NCBI GenBank assembly: GCA_963718875.1
Contig: OY970378.1
Coordinates: forward strand, 1,011,691 to 1,075,690
Source of the DNA: Candidatus Parcubacteria bacterium
GTDB taxonomy: Bacteria; Patescibacteriota; Saccharimonadia; UBA4664; JBIOIQ01
Length of the DNA: 64,000 nucleotides
Direction of reading: 5' to 3'
Part shown: piece after piece, positions 19,164 through 29,358 of the stretch
How positions within the stretch are numbered: the stretch's first letter is position 1
Layout of the letters: every line of letters begins with the position of its first letter
Made by a program: the position numbers and the translations under genes
Notes under the pieces: generated by a model
Told to the model about the DNA's origin: nothing
What the model saw: the letters and a program-made list of their open reading frames with translations, nothing else
Database searches by the model: none

Positions 19164-20141
19164 TCATGGTGCTTGCCGAGTGTAGAGCTCGTGAATTATG
19201 TCTTCCAAGGGTGTATCTTCGACCGTCATATCGGCAATTTCTAGTGACTCAAGCATGGCCGGAAGAAATTTTTTCATTGAGTGTTTGGCGGTATCTATAG
19301 AATAAGTAGCTACACCGTCCTCATAATTAGCTGGTGCAATACCCAAGATAGCTGGCATCTCTTTTAGCTGCTTTTTGAGTACTACCCTTACTGTTTTGTT
19401 CTTGAGGTAGTCAGACTTGAGTTGGTCGGTAGGAGTATCAAGCATGATTCGGCCGTGATTGATAATAACGGTACGGTCACTAACTTCTTCGACGTCCCCA
19501 ACATCATGACTCGTTAAGAAAATGGTGGTTCCGAGGTCGCGATTTATCTGCCTGACGGCCTCTCTTAAGCTGCGTCTAGCCACAACATCAAGACCAATGG
19601 TGGGTTCGTCCAGAAAAACAATCTCTGGATTATGTAGAAGCGAGTTGGCTACTTCTGCCCGCATACGTTGGCCAAGTGACAGCTTGCGGACTGGTTGACC
19701 AGCAAATTCTTCTAGGTTAAATTGGGCCGTCACTTCATTTATGCGTTTCTGAACTTGACTGCGATCGATGGCGTACATATCGGCCGTTAATTTAAGGCTG
19801 TCAATAAGGGGCAAGTTAAAAATAAGCTGAGACCGTTGACCAAACACCGTGCCGATTCGATAGGCAAGTTCACGCCTTTGGCTAAGTGGGTTAAGTTCCA
19901 ACGCCCTAATGAGCCCTTTGGTCGGTTGTAAAATACCGCAGAGCATTTTTATCGTAGTGGATTTGCCAGCCCCATTTGGCCCAATAAAAGCTATGGACTC
20001 ACCTGCTTCGACTTGCAGGCTAATATTGTCAACCGCCTTAACTTGCTTGTGCTCAGGATTAAAAAAGCCTTTCAATCCTTGCCGTTTGGCATAAGTAAAG
20101 GTTTTGGAAACATTATGGAGAGTAATGGCAGGTTGTGGCAT
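19164..20141 (-). CDS. ABC transporter ATP-binding protein
   Basis: GPNGAGKST, LSLGQRMR, FLDEPTIGLD. Confidence 0.95.
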   Translation of the reverse strand: MPQPAITLHNVSKTFTYAKRQGLKGFFNPEHKQVKAVDNISLQVEAGESIAFIGPNGAGKSTTIKMLCGILQPTKGLIRALELNPLSQRRELAYRIGTVFGQRSQLIFNLPLIDSLKLTADMYAIDRSQVQKRINEVTAQFNLEEFAGQPVRKLSLGQRMRAEVANSLLHNPEIVFLDEPTIGLDVVARRSLREAVRQINRDLGTTIFLTSHDVGDVEEVSDRTVIINHGRIMLDTPTDQLKSDYLKNKTVRVVLKKQLKEMPAILGIAPANYEDGVATYSIDTAKHSMKKFLPAMLESLEIADMTVEDTPLEDIIHELYTRQAP

Positions 20142-20176
20142 TGTAGGTTTTTAATTTACCTTACTTTTAGATGGTT

Positions 20177-20232
20177 GAAGTCGGACTTCAATCTTTGATA
20201 ATTTAAGCAATATTGATTTGAAGTCTGACTTC
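20177..20232. repeat. REPIN-like doublet, AAGTCnGACTT family (copy 2)
   Basis: GAAGTCGGACTTCAA...TTGAAGTCTGACTTC. Confidence 0.8.
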
Positions 20233-20278
20233 TAATCTGGTTTTATTGTAGCGAAGTTTCAGCACAAGTGGAAACGGG

Positions 20279-20365
20279 TTATCATTGCAAGGGATCCCGA
20301 TTTTTTGCGACATGATGAAGGTAGCATCATGAGATTGCCACGCTCATCCTTCGCTCGCAATGACG
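20279..20365. repeat. REP-like doublet (TCATTGC...GCAATGAC type)
   Basis: TCATTGCAAG...GAGATTGCCACG...CTCGCAATGAC. Confidence 0.6.
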
Positions 20366-20408
20366 ATTTTGTAAATCCACTAGGGTCATACCGTGTAATA
20401 ATAAACTT

Positions 20409-20681
20409 ATGGATAAAAAACACTACAAGATTCGCGTCACCGGTAAAGTTCAAGATGTTGGCTTTCGTTCCAGCGCCAAGCGCCGGGCCGAAGAATTGGG
20501 CTTACATGGTTTTGCACGCAACGAGCCAGACGGAACGGTTTATGTTGAAGTTGAAGGGTCAGCTGATCAAGTTGAAAAGTTTTTAGAGTGGTGCCAAAAT
20601 GGCTCGAACGAAGCAATCGTAGAAACTGTTGACGTGACTGATCACCCCCCGGTTGGGCATGAGGGGTTTGAGCGGCTGTAA
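20409..20681 (+). CDS. acyP: acylphosphatase
   Basis: VTGKVQDVGFR, GFARNEPDGTV. Confidence 0.93.
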   Translation: MDKKHYKIRVTGKVQDVGFRSSAKRRAEELGLHGFARNEPDGTVYVEVEGSADQVEKFLEWCQNGSNEAIVETVDVTDHPPVGHEGFERL

Positions 20682-20748
20682 AAAAACTGCCCGCCCCAAG
20701 ACTTCCGGGGCGGGCGTTCTGACAATTGGCCTCTGTCACTCATCTGAT

Positions 20749-21126
20749 TCAGCTGGGTGTTTCTTGCCTGCCACGGTAGATCAGCCAGTCGAGCTTGCCC
20801 TGCAAGAGAGGAATCTCTAGCAAGATACAGAGGCAGCCGATAACTATCCAAAATGCGCCGTCCAGACCAAGCGCTACGATCAGCAGGGCCACAGAGGCAA
20901 GGGAAAATGCCACCGCAGTAGTGCGTGTAAGCGGAAGCTCCGACAGCGCTACCAGAATAGGATCGGCCATCCCCGACATCACGACTGGGAGCAGCATCGT
21001 GCAGATCAAGATGACGACTAACAGGCCGGACCACCAGATACTCTCGAAGATGGGCGCGATGGCTACTGCCATAACAGCTGCGATAACGCCGGCCGACTTA
21101 CGGCGGAGAGCCTGCATATCGTTCAT
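20749..21126 (-). CDS. GC-rich hypothetical membrane protein
   Basis: MNDMQALRRKS reads from the reverse complement (CAT at 21124-21126), so it is on the minus strand although the track lists +; several TM segments; terminator at ~20681-20716. Confidence 0.65.
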   Translation of the reverse strand: MNDMQALRRKSAGVIAAVMAVAIAPIFESIWWSGLLVVILICTMLLPVVMSGMADPILVALSELPLTRTTAVAFSLASVALLIVALGLDGAFWIVIGCLCILLEIPLLQGKLDWLIYRGRQETPS

Positions 21127-21216
21127 ATGCCACTTCCTTATCGTTGGATCGTAGATGCGAGTAATTTCGCTTTATTATTGTTGACCCAAAAGGGTTTTTT
21201 GGCAATGGCGAAAAGA

Positions 21217-21272
21217 GAAGTCAGACTTTAATATTCGCCGCATTAAGCAATCCAGATTTGAAGTCTGACTTC
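21217..21272. repeat. REPIN-like doublet, AAGTCnGACTT family (copy 3)
   Basis: GAAGTCAGACTTTAA...GATTTGAAGTCTGACTTC. Confidence 0.8.
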
Positions 21273-21285
21273 GATTTTCTGAAAT

Positions 21286-21822
21286 TTACGGTACTAGCTC
21301 TGGTCCCTTATCTAGATGGTCATTATAAAACTGTAAAATTTTGGCTTCGTCGGGTGTAGTTAAACTATGGGAGTATGTCCAGGCAGTTAATTCAATGGGG
21401 TTTTTATTAGCCGCCCGAGGGGCAAGAATAGCTTTGACCGAGTTAAATTGTTGGCTTACCGGCAGCTTGTTATAAATCTGCTTTAGTTTCGCAATTTGGT
21501 CTTTGGGCAGGTCCGGCTTGTAAAAAATATTTATACCGCCATGCTCTAGGTTGTGTACCAACTGCTCATCCGGTAAGGCACTATCTTTAATCCCCCAAGT
21601 TGCTGGCTGAGGGTAATGCGAGCCTGAGGTGGGTGGATTAGAGTTGTAGGTTTCATGGGGAGTACCCGGCTGAATATGGGTTTGTCCTTGGTTTGCATGT
21701 GTTGTACCGAGTCGTTTTGCGTTATCTTTTTTGGCCGGGGTAGATTTGTTGCCGATTATAAACAAGCCAATCAGTACGGCGACAATGGCAACTAAACCTA
21801 GGGGTAAACCAAGCTTTTTCAT
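21286..21822 (-). CDS. DUF3105 domain protein
   Basis: YNSNPPTSGSH, LVHNLEHGG, LTAW, GPE. Confidence 0.9.
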   Translation of the reverse strand: MKKLGLPLGLVAIVAVLIGLFIIGNKSTPAKKDNAKRLGTTHANQGQTHIQPGTPHETYNSNPPTSGSHYPQPATWGIKDSALPDEQLVHNLEHGGINIFYKPDLPKDQIAKLKQIYNKLPVSQQFNSVKAILAPRAANKNPIELTAWTYSHSLTTPDEAKILQFYNDHLDKGPELVP

Positions 21823-21899
21823 TAAAAATTCCTAATTAAATTCTAATCTAACTCGAACAATGTTATTTATTTATACCACATTTTACAAGTTGCTAAGCG

Positions 21900-24527
21900 C
21901 TACACTTCTTCCATTCTGATGTTGCGCAACCTGGGAACACCACCCTTGAGGGGGATAACCAGCCTGGCTTTTTTTGAAGGAGTATTTTCCAAATATCTCC
22001 AGGTGATGGTTTGAACGAGTTGATCCGCCAATAATTCTGACAACATAGCCTGGTACTGCGGTGATTCGAGCAGACTAGTGTTAGCCGAAACAACCACCTG
22101 GCCTTCAGTGCCGAATTCAAGCTCCAGACTAACTTCTTTTAACGTTTCCGGGAAATGGTATCTTTCGCCAATTTCCGAGACTGCTAAGATCAACATGTCT
22201 TCTTTGGTCGAGTGGATAGGGATACTTGCTTCGACTTTTTTGGGATCATACGTAACTGAACGAGAAGACAGTTCTAAAGAAAGAGTTAGTTCCGGTAGCT
22301 GGACGGGCTGGGGTTTTTCAATAGGATGTTCTGGTGTGAGCAAATCCGGAACGGGGTGGTCGGTTTTACTAGTCTTTTTAGCAAAATCACGAGTGGCTGG
22401 CACAGTTGTCCAGAGGGCAACACGTCCGGAAATCTTATTCTTATCACCGCGCCTTTCTCTACTTTTGGCTCCAGGTGACTGTGTAATCCAGGTTGGTAAC
22501 TCCGCAGTTTCTTTATCCCCAAAGGCATGTGGACCGATTGTATAAACCTCAGTGTCCTGGTATTTGGCTGCCACCTGCTCGCCGGTTTCATCGGTAACAT
22601 ACTCGGCTGAAAGGCCTCCCCCTGGCAGCTCTAAAGCTAATGGATTTTCGGCTTTTACCCCGGACAGAAAATAGTTTAGTCGCATTCCCGAACCATCATC
22701 TTCGATCTGACCGGCGATTGGATCACCATGACTCCTAGGAAAAAGATGATAATTAACCAACTTTTTCCCAGAACTTTCATCGACAGTTATACTGTCAACG
22801 ACCAATTCTTTGTAAAAACTATCTGGTCCAAAAAACACATGCGACCCAGCAGATTCAAAAATTTGACCGAGTGAAGCATTTACTGTTTCGGGGTTTCTAA
22901 TTATGCTGTTGGCGAGACGCTTATTTACAACTTGTGCAAAATCTTTATCAAACCCGGTGGTCATAATTACATGGTCTACGATCTGTGTGGCTGTACCGCT
23001 AAACTTTTTTTGTCCATCTTCCAGGACGTTATTGCCTTCTTCATCTCTTTCATAAATGCCATAGGTAATTTCAATCTTGCCGTCATCCGTACGGCGCAAA
23101 GAAAGCGCGCGTCCATCGATGGGGTTAATTCTATGAAAATACTCTTCGGGATCTATCCCTTCCGGCGGTACATCACCAGCCATTTTGGTGTACCGATGCC
23201 GTAAGCTGGTGGCAAACTTTTGCTCATCCTTCTGTTCAAGCCCGATCCAATCGATAGTTATGTTTGTCTCTTGACGCGTAGTTAAACCGGCGTTGCCACC
23301 ATACCCTAGCAGCTGCTCTCCTACTGTGCTGCCCGAATCACCGGCTCCAATTACCGCTACTCTACCCCAGCCTTCAAATGGCAGTTCACCCCGACGTATC
23401 CTGTCAATAGTTTGACGCTGGAACGATCCCAAGGTGTGTACTTGGGCTTCTTGGCCATTTCTATGCTTGTCTGCTTCTTCGGCTACTATCTGTTGCGACT
23501 GTTCGTCTCGAAAGCTAGAGGTTTCCCTTCCTAATCCGCCCGCCCAAATTAATCGATCTGTTGTAACTTCATAGCTTTTGCCTGTTTGAGGGTCCACAAA
23601 AGTCACAATGTATTCCGCCTTGCCATCTTCTTGAGCGTATGGGTTGCGCCGCACTTCTGAAACTTCGGCGTTTACCAAGGCTCGGCCTGCCAGAGTTTCA
23701 TTGACTCTAACAGCTGTCGCCAACTTATCTTGAGCGCTATAGGCATCATAATGCAGGTCTGAATCCGTCAGGGCTCCCCGCCCCAAGCTGTTCTTGTTAC
23801 CGCTGCGACCAGCAATATTTTCGCTAGGATCTGAGGACTCTGGCCCAGACTTGGTGTTGAGTTCGTGAACCTCAGTTTCGTAGGCGAACTGTCCGCCTAG
23901 ATGAGCACCAGCCTCCAAAATAAGACTCGGGTGGTCGGGGTCTTGAAAAAGACGCTCTGCAACATAGACTTGTGCGTGCGGGCCGGAGCCAATTATGATT
24001 TCATGAACATGGGTTTCGCCGCCCAAAATACGTTCCTTAAACTCATCCGATTCACGCTCGGTGAGACGGTCAATCGCTTCATTCATAAGCGCTTGTCCGC
24101 GTTCCACTCGAACAATTCCGGCTAAGTAAGGTGTAAGATCGCGATGGGTTTGACCTTCCGAGACGGCCTCATCGGCACCATCTTCGCCATACCCTACCAT
24201 TTTTTCTTGGAGGGCAGCTCGCGCTGGGGCATCCTCCGCCGAAACGCCTTCTCTGCCCTCAGCTATATCTCTTTTGATCAATCGGCGGCGGACGCTATCG
24301 GTCACAGAAGAGCGGATTTCGTCTATAGCCCTTACGGCCCGACTTAACGCCCGTAACTCTGGGGTTTTGAGGCGCTCAGCCATCACCCTGCGGCCTTTCG
24401 TCTCAAGATCTTCATCTAATGCTTCGGGCGTGAGGATGGTAGGAAACGGATCCCGTTCTGAATCAGTGATGGCGGGGAGAGCGGCGCTAGCTTCTATATC
24501 TGGTTGGCTCTGTACTATTTCGGGCAT
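21900..24527 (-). CDS. large acidic protein with a two-dinucleotide-binding flavoprotein-like core
   Basis: IIIGSGPHA, LILEAG, DRLIWAGGLG, VAVIGAGDSG, DHVIMTTGF, YTIG. Confidence 0.7.
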   Translation of the reverse strand: MPEIVQSQPDIEASAALPAITDSERDPFPTILTPEALDEDLETKGRRVMAERLKTPELRALSRAVRAIDEIRSSVTDSVRRRLIKRDIAEGREGVSAEDAPARAALQEKMVGYGEDGADEAVSEGQTHRDLTPYLAGIVRVERGQALMNEAIDRLTERESDEFKERILGGETHVHEIIIGSGPHAQVYVAERLFQDPDHPSLILEAGAHLGGQFAYETEVHELNTKSGPESSDPSENIAGRSGNKNSLGRGALTDSDLHYDAYSAQDKLATAVRVNETLAGRALVNAEVSEVRRNPYAQEDGKAEYIVTFVDPQTGKSYEVTTDRLIWAGGLGRETSSFRDEQSQQIVAEEADKHRNGQEAQVHTLGSFQRQTIDRIRRGELPFEGWGRVAVIGAGDSGSTVGEQLLGYGGNAGLTTRQETNITIDWIGLEQKDEQKFATSLRHRYTKMAGDVPPEGIDPEEYFHRINPIDGRALSLRRTDDGKIEITYGIYERDEEGNNVLEDGQKKFSGTATQIVDHVIMTTGFDKDFAQVVNKRLANSIIRNPETVNASLGQIFESAGSHVFFGPDSFYKELVVDSITVDESSGKKLVNYHLFPRSHGDPIAGQIEDDGSGMRLNYFLSGVKAENPLALELPGGGLSAEYVTDETGEQVAAKYQDTEVYTIGPHAFGDKETAELPTWITQSPGAKSRERRGDKNKISGRVALWTTVPATRDFAKKTSKTDHPVPDLLTPEHPIEKPQPVQLPELTLSLELSSRSVTYDPKKVEASIPIHSTKEDMLILAVSEIGERYHFPETLKEVSLELEFGTEGQVVVSANTSLLESPQYQAMLSELLADQLVQTITWRYLENTPSKKARLVIPLKGGVPRLRNIRMEEV

Positions 24528-24583
24528 AGTTATTACGCTTAATGCGCTAATTATAGCTTATCGTTAAGGCAAATCATAACAGG

Positions 24584-25654
24584 CTAGAAAATTTCTACCG
24601 GAAGGCCTGTAAAACTAGCGTAGCGATTAGCTGCTTCAGCTATAGCTTTCGATGGGTGTTCGGCCGATACATCAAATGGTTTGAGTTTAATCTTGATTTT
24701 GCTTTTAGTAGCAGTCTTTTTCCAAGTTCCCACAACTTGGCCGTCTACTAAAATGGTGGCTAAAAACATGCCGTTGCCGCCAGGGACAACTTTTTGGCTA
24801 TAAGCTGGCGCTAGAACTGCCGAACGATCTTTATACCCCAGCAGATATTCATCAAAGCCAGGTAATAAATAAATCGGTTCTGATGAAACGGGTCGGGGCT
24901 GACGGCGTGATAAGAAATATTGACTGTCGTCGATGGTTTCGGGCGTGATGCTTGAGCCGGCTAACGCGATGCCGGCACGGGCATCAACGGCCGTCAATCC
25001 CGACCACCACATAAAATCTTGAACTGTGGCGGGACCATGACTGCTAAAATACGTAGTCGTTAATTTAGCTAACGCCTCCTCCCGACTTATCTGAGGCTGT
25101 GGCGGCAACCAATCCTCCAACCATACGAAGGTAGGCTGTTTGCCCTCATTGGGACCAAAGCAGATTAAGCCATCCTGAGACAATTGCCATAAGATGTGGT
25201 AACCGCGCTGGTTAGCTGTAGCTATGCCAGCTTGCTCTAAAGAGGTTAAAAGCTGGGCCCGAGTGACTACTCTTCCAACTTGAAGCGCGGCCGCAAGGAC
25301 CTCTTTGGCCTTACCGAAAACTTTATCATTAAGACTCAAGTTTTTCCGACGACTGGCCGCTCCGGCAATCACACGCGGAGTCAGCAACTTAAGCATCCAG
25401 CGCACATCCTGAGGTGCCACAAAGTGCAATGTGCCGCGCATAGGCCAGGTACGAATGAGCTCCCTATCGGCCACAGCCTGCTCAATGTCGGCATCGGTGA
25501 CGCCAATTGGCAGGCGTAATCCGATTGACCATTTAGCGCCGGGGTAATCTTGCGCCTGTATCGCACCCATCCAAGCCACTATCTCAGCTGGGGTAGTAAA
25601 TTGGGAATGGCTGATTTGCTGATTCGACAATCTCATCTCGGAGATTTTGTTCAT
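24584..25654 (-). CDS. winged-helix AlkZ/YcaQ-like DNA glycosylase (HTH_42)
   Basis: AIQAQD, RTWPMRGTLH, HGPATVQDFMWWSGL, LLPGFDEYLLGYKDR. Confidence 0.9.
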   Translation of the reverse strand: MNKISEMRLSNQQISHSQFTTPAEIVAWMGAIQAQDYPGAKWSIGLRLPIGVTDADIEQAVADRELIRTWPMRGTLHFVAPQDVRWMLKLLTPRVIAGAASRRKNLSLNDKVFGKAKEVLAAALQVGRVVTRAQLLTSLEQAGIATANQRGYHILWQLSQDGLICFGPNEGKQPTFVWLEDWLPPQPQISREEALAKLTTTYFSSHGPATVQDFMWWSGLTAVDARAGIALAGSSITPETIDDSQYFLSRRQPRPVSSEPIYLLPGFDEYLLGYKDRSAVLAPAYSQKVVPGGNGMFLATILVDGQVVGTWKKTATKSKIKIKLKPFDVSAEHPSKAIAEAANRYASFTGLPVEIF

Positions 25655-25673
25655 GGGCTAATGATAGCAGATA

Positions 25674-26093
25674 CTATATGCCGATAAGGCCGATGACAAT
25701 ACCCATTACCATCAATGTTACGAACTCGTTACCAATATTGAGCGCTGTTAGCTTCATGGGGCGACCTTCAAATGCGTCATGAGTAATGAAACGGGCGGCT
25801 GTAAAACCAAGCCACATCCAAAAGGCCGTTGTAACAGAATCTTGTAAGAAGCTATTGTTAAAGAATTGGTTGGAGAGATACGCCACGTGTGCGAGCACAT
25901 AGGCGGTGACAAGACTAACTACCATGGTTACGATAATGGGTTTTGCTACACTACCGCGGTCTTTCGTCATATCAATCTTTGCGAGCTTTGCCCATATTTT
26001 GCCAAATACCGGCATGGCATACCATATACTACCAACAATCAACGAGCTAATCATGGCTGCCAAAACGGCCCAAAAGTTAATTTGTACGTCCAT
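25674..26093 (-). CDS. DUF1761 family membrane protein
   Basis: INFWAVLAA...GSIWY...FGKIW; WLGF. Confidence 0.85.
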   Translation of the reverse strand: MDVQINFWAVLAAMISSLIVGSIWYAMPVFGKIWAKLAKIDMTKDRGSVAKPIIVTMVVSLVTAYVLAHVAYLSNQFFNNSFLQDSVTTAFWMWLGFTAARFITHDAFEGRPMKLTALNIGNEFVTLMVMGIVIGLIGI

Positions 26094-26293
26094 TTATAAG
26101 TTCTCCATTATGCTTGGATTGTACCTCTGGGTAGCGATTTTGCCTAGTAGACTAATGCTTAACCGTATTAGCAATCTTTGGCTCAACCATTTCCAGCTCA
26201 TCCAGCGGTACCAATGCTGGGCTGAAAAGAAAAAACTGCTATTGTTAGGAAATGAAAGAAACACCAAAAGTTAGTGTAGCCACGCCCAAATTG

Positions 26294-26746
26294 TTAGGGC
26301 GAGTTCAGTGCATTCAAAAAATCCGTCAAAATATTTTTATTTGACGGAACGCCCCGGTTTAAATAGCGGATGACTCCACTAGAATCGATCCCCACAACTG
26401 AACGGCGAATAACTTTGATGGGTCCAATCTGCCATAAGCAATCATAGGCTTTCGAGACGGCATAGTCGTAGTCGCTGAGCAGACGCAAATGCAGAAACTT
26501 CCGTTTGGCAAAGACATTATGAGTATCAGCATCAGCGTTGTTGATGCCAAAAACTTCCAGGCCGTTCTGAGCAAACTCGTCAAGGTCTTTGTTGATAGCG
26601 CAAAGCTGTCTGGTACAGGTGGGAGATTGGTCATAGGGATAGAAAACAAGTATCACGGCGTTTTTAGCCAAACGCTCATGCAGGTTATAATTCTGACCTT
26701 TCTGATCCATGAGAGTAAAATCCGGCGCCACAGCCCCAGTTGTCAT
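26294..26746 (-). CDS. peroxiredoxin (BCP/PrxQ-like)
   Basis: APDFTL, FYPYDQSPTCTRQLC, LLSD. Confidence 0.9.
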   Translation of the reverse strand: MTTGAVAPDFTLMDQKGQNYNLHERLAKNAVILVFYPYDQSPTCTRQLCAINKDLDEFAQNGLEVFGINNADADTHNVFAKRKFLHLRLLSDYDYAVSKAYDCLWQIGPIKVIRRSVVGIDSSGVIRYLNRGVPSNKNILTDFLNALNSP

Positions 26747-26834
26747 TACTTAACCTGCTTAATTATTTTTAGTTTACACCACTTAGTAATTGATGACCCA
26801 TAAATTGTCTATAACGGCAGATTTTACGCAAGTT

Positions 26835-27218
26835 TTAGGTGCTTTTTGACTGTGGCTGAAAATAGTAATATGCAAAACCAGCTGCCAGCACTGCGTGTAA
26901 AATTACTCCTGTCCAGCCACTCGAGCCCAAGTAGCCTTGGCTAATATCGGCCACATTAACAACAACGCCCAGCGCTTGCATTACCAAGTTTCCAGTGATA
27001 ACTACTTTGAGGGCTTTGGCATCGTCAATGCCCCGAGCCAGCCAGTTGATAGCGGCAACTCCTAAGAGGGTTGTACCGAGGTCTCTAAAAAGGACTCGCC
27101 CTAGATCTGTCAGGTCTAGGCCAAAACCCTTGGCCATGTTGGCAGAGTTAAATATCATACTGAGGCCAAATAAGCCCAATACTACGGCAGATATGCTTAA
27201 AAAAGTTTTTAGCTTCAC
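26835..27218 (-). CDS. hypothetical membrane protein (4 TM)
   Basis: AGGAG SD, hydrophobic helices. Confidence 0.7.
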   Translation of the reverse strand: MKLKTFLSISAVVLGLFGLSMIFNSANMAKGFGLDLTDLGRVLFRDLGTTLLGVAAINWLARGIDDAKALKVVITGNLVMQALGVVVNVADISQGYLGSSGWTGVILHAVLAAGFAYYYFQPQSKST

Positions 27219-27337
27219 GGGAGTTCTCCTTATTTATCCTTATGGTAACAGATTTTAACTTAAAGTACTGTTCTTTTCTTTGAGATTGCGCTACCTAAAA
27301 ATTAAGTAGCTGGCTGGTGGGTACCTGAATCAGATAG

Positions 27338-27889
27338 CTAGCATCCGCCTCCATATTTGACCGTAACGCTTGCAGAAGGGTCACTGATGTCACCAGCTGT
27401 AGCGACTGCTCGAATATAATAAACTAGGGAAATCGCATCGCAGCTGGGTGGGGGCGGCGGCAAAATATGGTGATAATTTGTAACAGTTGGCTCAGCCAGC
27501 AAATTGCCCTAATAAAAAATTTGATACTTGGCGATGGAAGTAGTTGCCGCCGAAGCTTCCCATGACAGATCATAGCCGCCGCTAGCTGCTATAACTTTAA
27601 AGTTTCGGGGAGTAGTGGGCTTGGGATAATCTACCGGGGTTACGTTTAGCGGATTACTTTGGGGGGCCACCTGGGGACTGGATTTAGGGTTTGGGGTTGC
27701 AGTGCTTTGCTGAGTTGCACTGCTTCCTGGCTGTGGATTAGGTTTGGTAACCGTGGTGGTTTTTTTTGCAGGTAATGTTTTACTGGTCTTGGCATTATTT
27801 ATCAGCCAAATACCCCCGCCTATCAGGCTAACCACAAGAAACACTAATAAAATTTCAATTAGTCCTGTACCATCCTGATTTTTTTTCAT
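27338..27889 (-). pseudogene. pilin-like leader plus fibronectin type III protein interrupted by an in-frame TAG at 27509-27511
   Basis: reading continues after the stop as GNLLAEPTVTNY...YYIRAVATAGDISDPSASVTV, completing the FN3 domain. Confidence 0.7.
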
Positions 27890-28021
27890 ACTTTTATTAT
27901 CTACAAAAGAACAGACAATACAAACTTCTTAATTATAAGTAAGTCCAGTTTTTCATATTTGACGAGACGCCCAGAATTGCCGCTCAGCAGTGATTTGACT
28001 AATTTTTATTTTGTTCACATT

Positions 28022-28195
28022 CTAGTCGCAGGTATTGCCAATTACGATGGGCTCCGGGTCTGTCCCCATCGCGTATCCATCGCCGATAATATCATGGCAG
28101 TTCTTGGGCTGTTGAGTATAAATGTAACCAGCAGCTCCTAATACAACAGCTGTTATCAAAAGCACAGCGATAGATTTGCGGTTTACTTTCTTCAC
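28022..28195 (-). CDS. small membrane protein
   Basis: basic N-terminus, one TM helix, Cys pair. Confidence 0.5.
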   Translation of the reverse strand: MKKVNRKSIAVLLITAVVLGAAGYIYTQQPKNCHDIIGDGYAMGTDPEPIVIGNTCD

Positions 28196-28286
28196 CAGTT
28201 GAGTATAGCAATAAAACATTCAACTGTTAAAGCGCTTATGCTTATGGACGGCCATTTGTGACGCTATTAGGTTTGATGGTTAAACT

Positions 28287-28568
28287 CTAACGAAATTTGT
28301 CACTGCAGGCTTGCAGACCCTCGTCGATAAGTTCCTGTCTTGCTTCTGAATTACTTACGCGTCGACGACACTCGTCAAGATTCTTGTCACTTGGCGTTGT
28401 TGGTCCGGGCGTAGGTTGTTGAACATTATTTTGCTGGCTACCATTCGATGCTGGCTGAGCAGGCAGGCTTAGGCCATCAACCTGGCTATTACTTTGCATA
28501 ATAAAAAACCAGCCAGCCATCAGCACAACAAATACTGCTACTATTACAACAACTATCCTATTTTTCAT
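28287..28568 (-). CDS. small membrane-anchored protein
   Basis: N-terminal TM, Gln/Pro linker, Cys pair. Confidence 0.6.
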   Translation of the reverse strand: MKNRIVVVIVAVFVVLMAGWFFIMQSNSQVDGLSLPAQPASNGSQQNNVQQPTPGPTTPSDKNLDECRRRVSNSEARQELIDEGLQACSDKFR

Positions 28569-28603
28569 AACCATATAATACATAATTTAGGGCGGTTGGG
28601 TAT

Positions 28604-29149
28604 CTATTCTGCGGAGTAATCCCAGCCAGGTTGCCAAGCTTGAGCTTTACGCCAATCAGTAGCAAACGCTTCTTCCCAAGTCATGCCCTTTAATAGAACA
28701 TCTAGTGAAAGCTGAGGAGCTTTATGGGCAACTATGGCAATATGCTTTCCGTGATACTCTTTCTTTACGAATTCTAAGAAGTCAGCGATCCTAGCTTTGA
28801 CATCTTCGTAGCTTTCACCGTTTGGCATTGGTGTATCGATTGATTTTTCCTGCATTGTCTCGACTAGTTCTGAGTCTTCGCCATTCAAGTCACCGTAATT
28901 ACATTCACGCAAACGCTTATCGGCAAATCTGGGATATTTATCTCCCCAAGTCAACCTAGCCGATTCAACCGACCTAACTAAATCCGAAGTGAACACCGCA
29001 TCAAAGGTCATATTTTCTGTTAGACCAGTAAGATCCTTAGACTGCTGGATTCCCAACTCTGATAACTCAACATCATTCCAGCCAGAGGATTTGTGGATTT
29101 CATTATCTATAGTAGTACCGTGTACAAAATAAGTAATTTCTACAGACAT
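28604..29149 (-). CDS. histidine phosphatase family protein
   Basis: FVHGTT, SDLVRS, LRECNYG, NGESYEDV, IVAH; true start MSVEITY at 29149. Confidence 0.88.
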   Translation of the reverse strand: MSVEITYFVHGTTIDNEIHKSSGWNDVELSELGIQQSKDLTGLTENMTFDAVFTSDLVRSVESARLTWGDKYPRFADKRLRECNYGDLNGEDSELVETMQEKSIDTPMPNGESYEDVKARIADFLEFVKKEYHGKHIAIVAHKAPQLSLDVLLKGMTWEEAFATDWRKAQAWQPGWDYSAE

Positions 29150-29255
29150 AACGCAATTATACCACCAGGGGTACGAACTCCTGCAACAGATAAAAAAATG
29201 CCTCTCGAATTTGAGAGTCTTCGGTGCGAACCGAATCGTATCTGGTAGATACGAT

Positions 29256-29304
29256 TGGAGGGCCGTCCGTGACTCCCCGGCTAGTGGGCCTGGGTAAACT
29301 TCTC
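29256..29304 (-). repeat. duplicated tRNA-Lys 3' end plus 26-bp T-loop micro-element
   Basis: TGGAGGGCCGTCCGTGACTC-[CCCGGCTAGTGGGCCTGGGTAAACTT]-CTC. Confidence 0.8.
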
Positions 29305-29358
29305 GTCTCGATGGACCCTTTCCAGTGAAAAAGCCCCACTTTCGTGAGGCGTTTTCAC

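Noticed and set aside
20749-21126. ORF track lists this protein on the + strand
   Set aside because: The translation matches the reverse complement, so it is reported as minus.
27509-27511. Genome-wide stop-codon reassignment (TAG or TGA)
   Set aside because: alr and murA end normally at TAG, and murF, purL and purB end at TGA; only one clear internal stop was seen.
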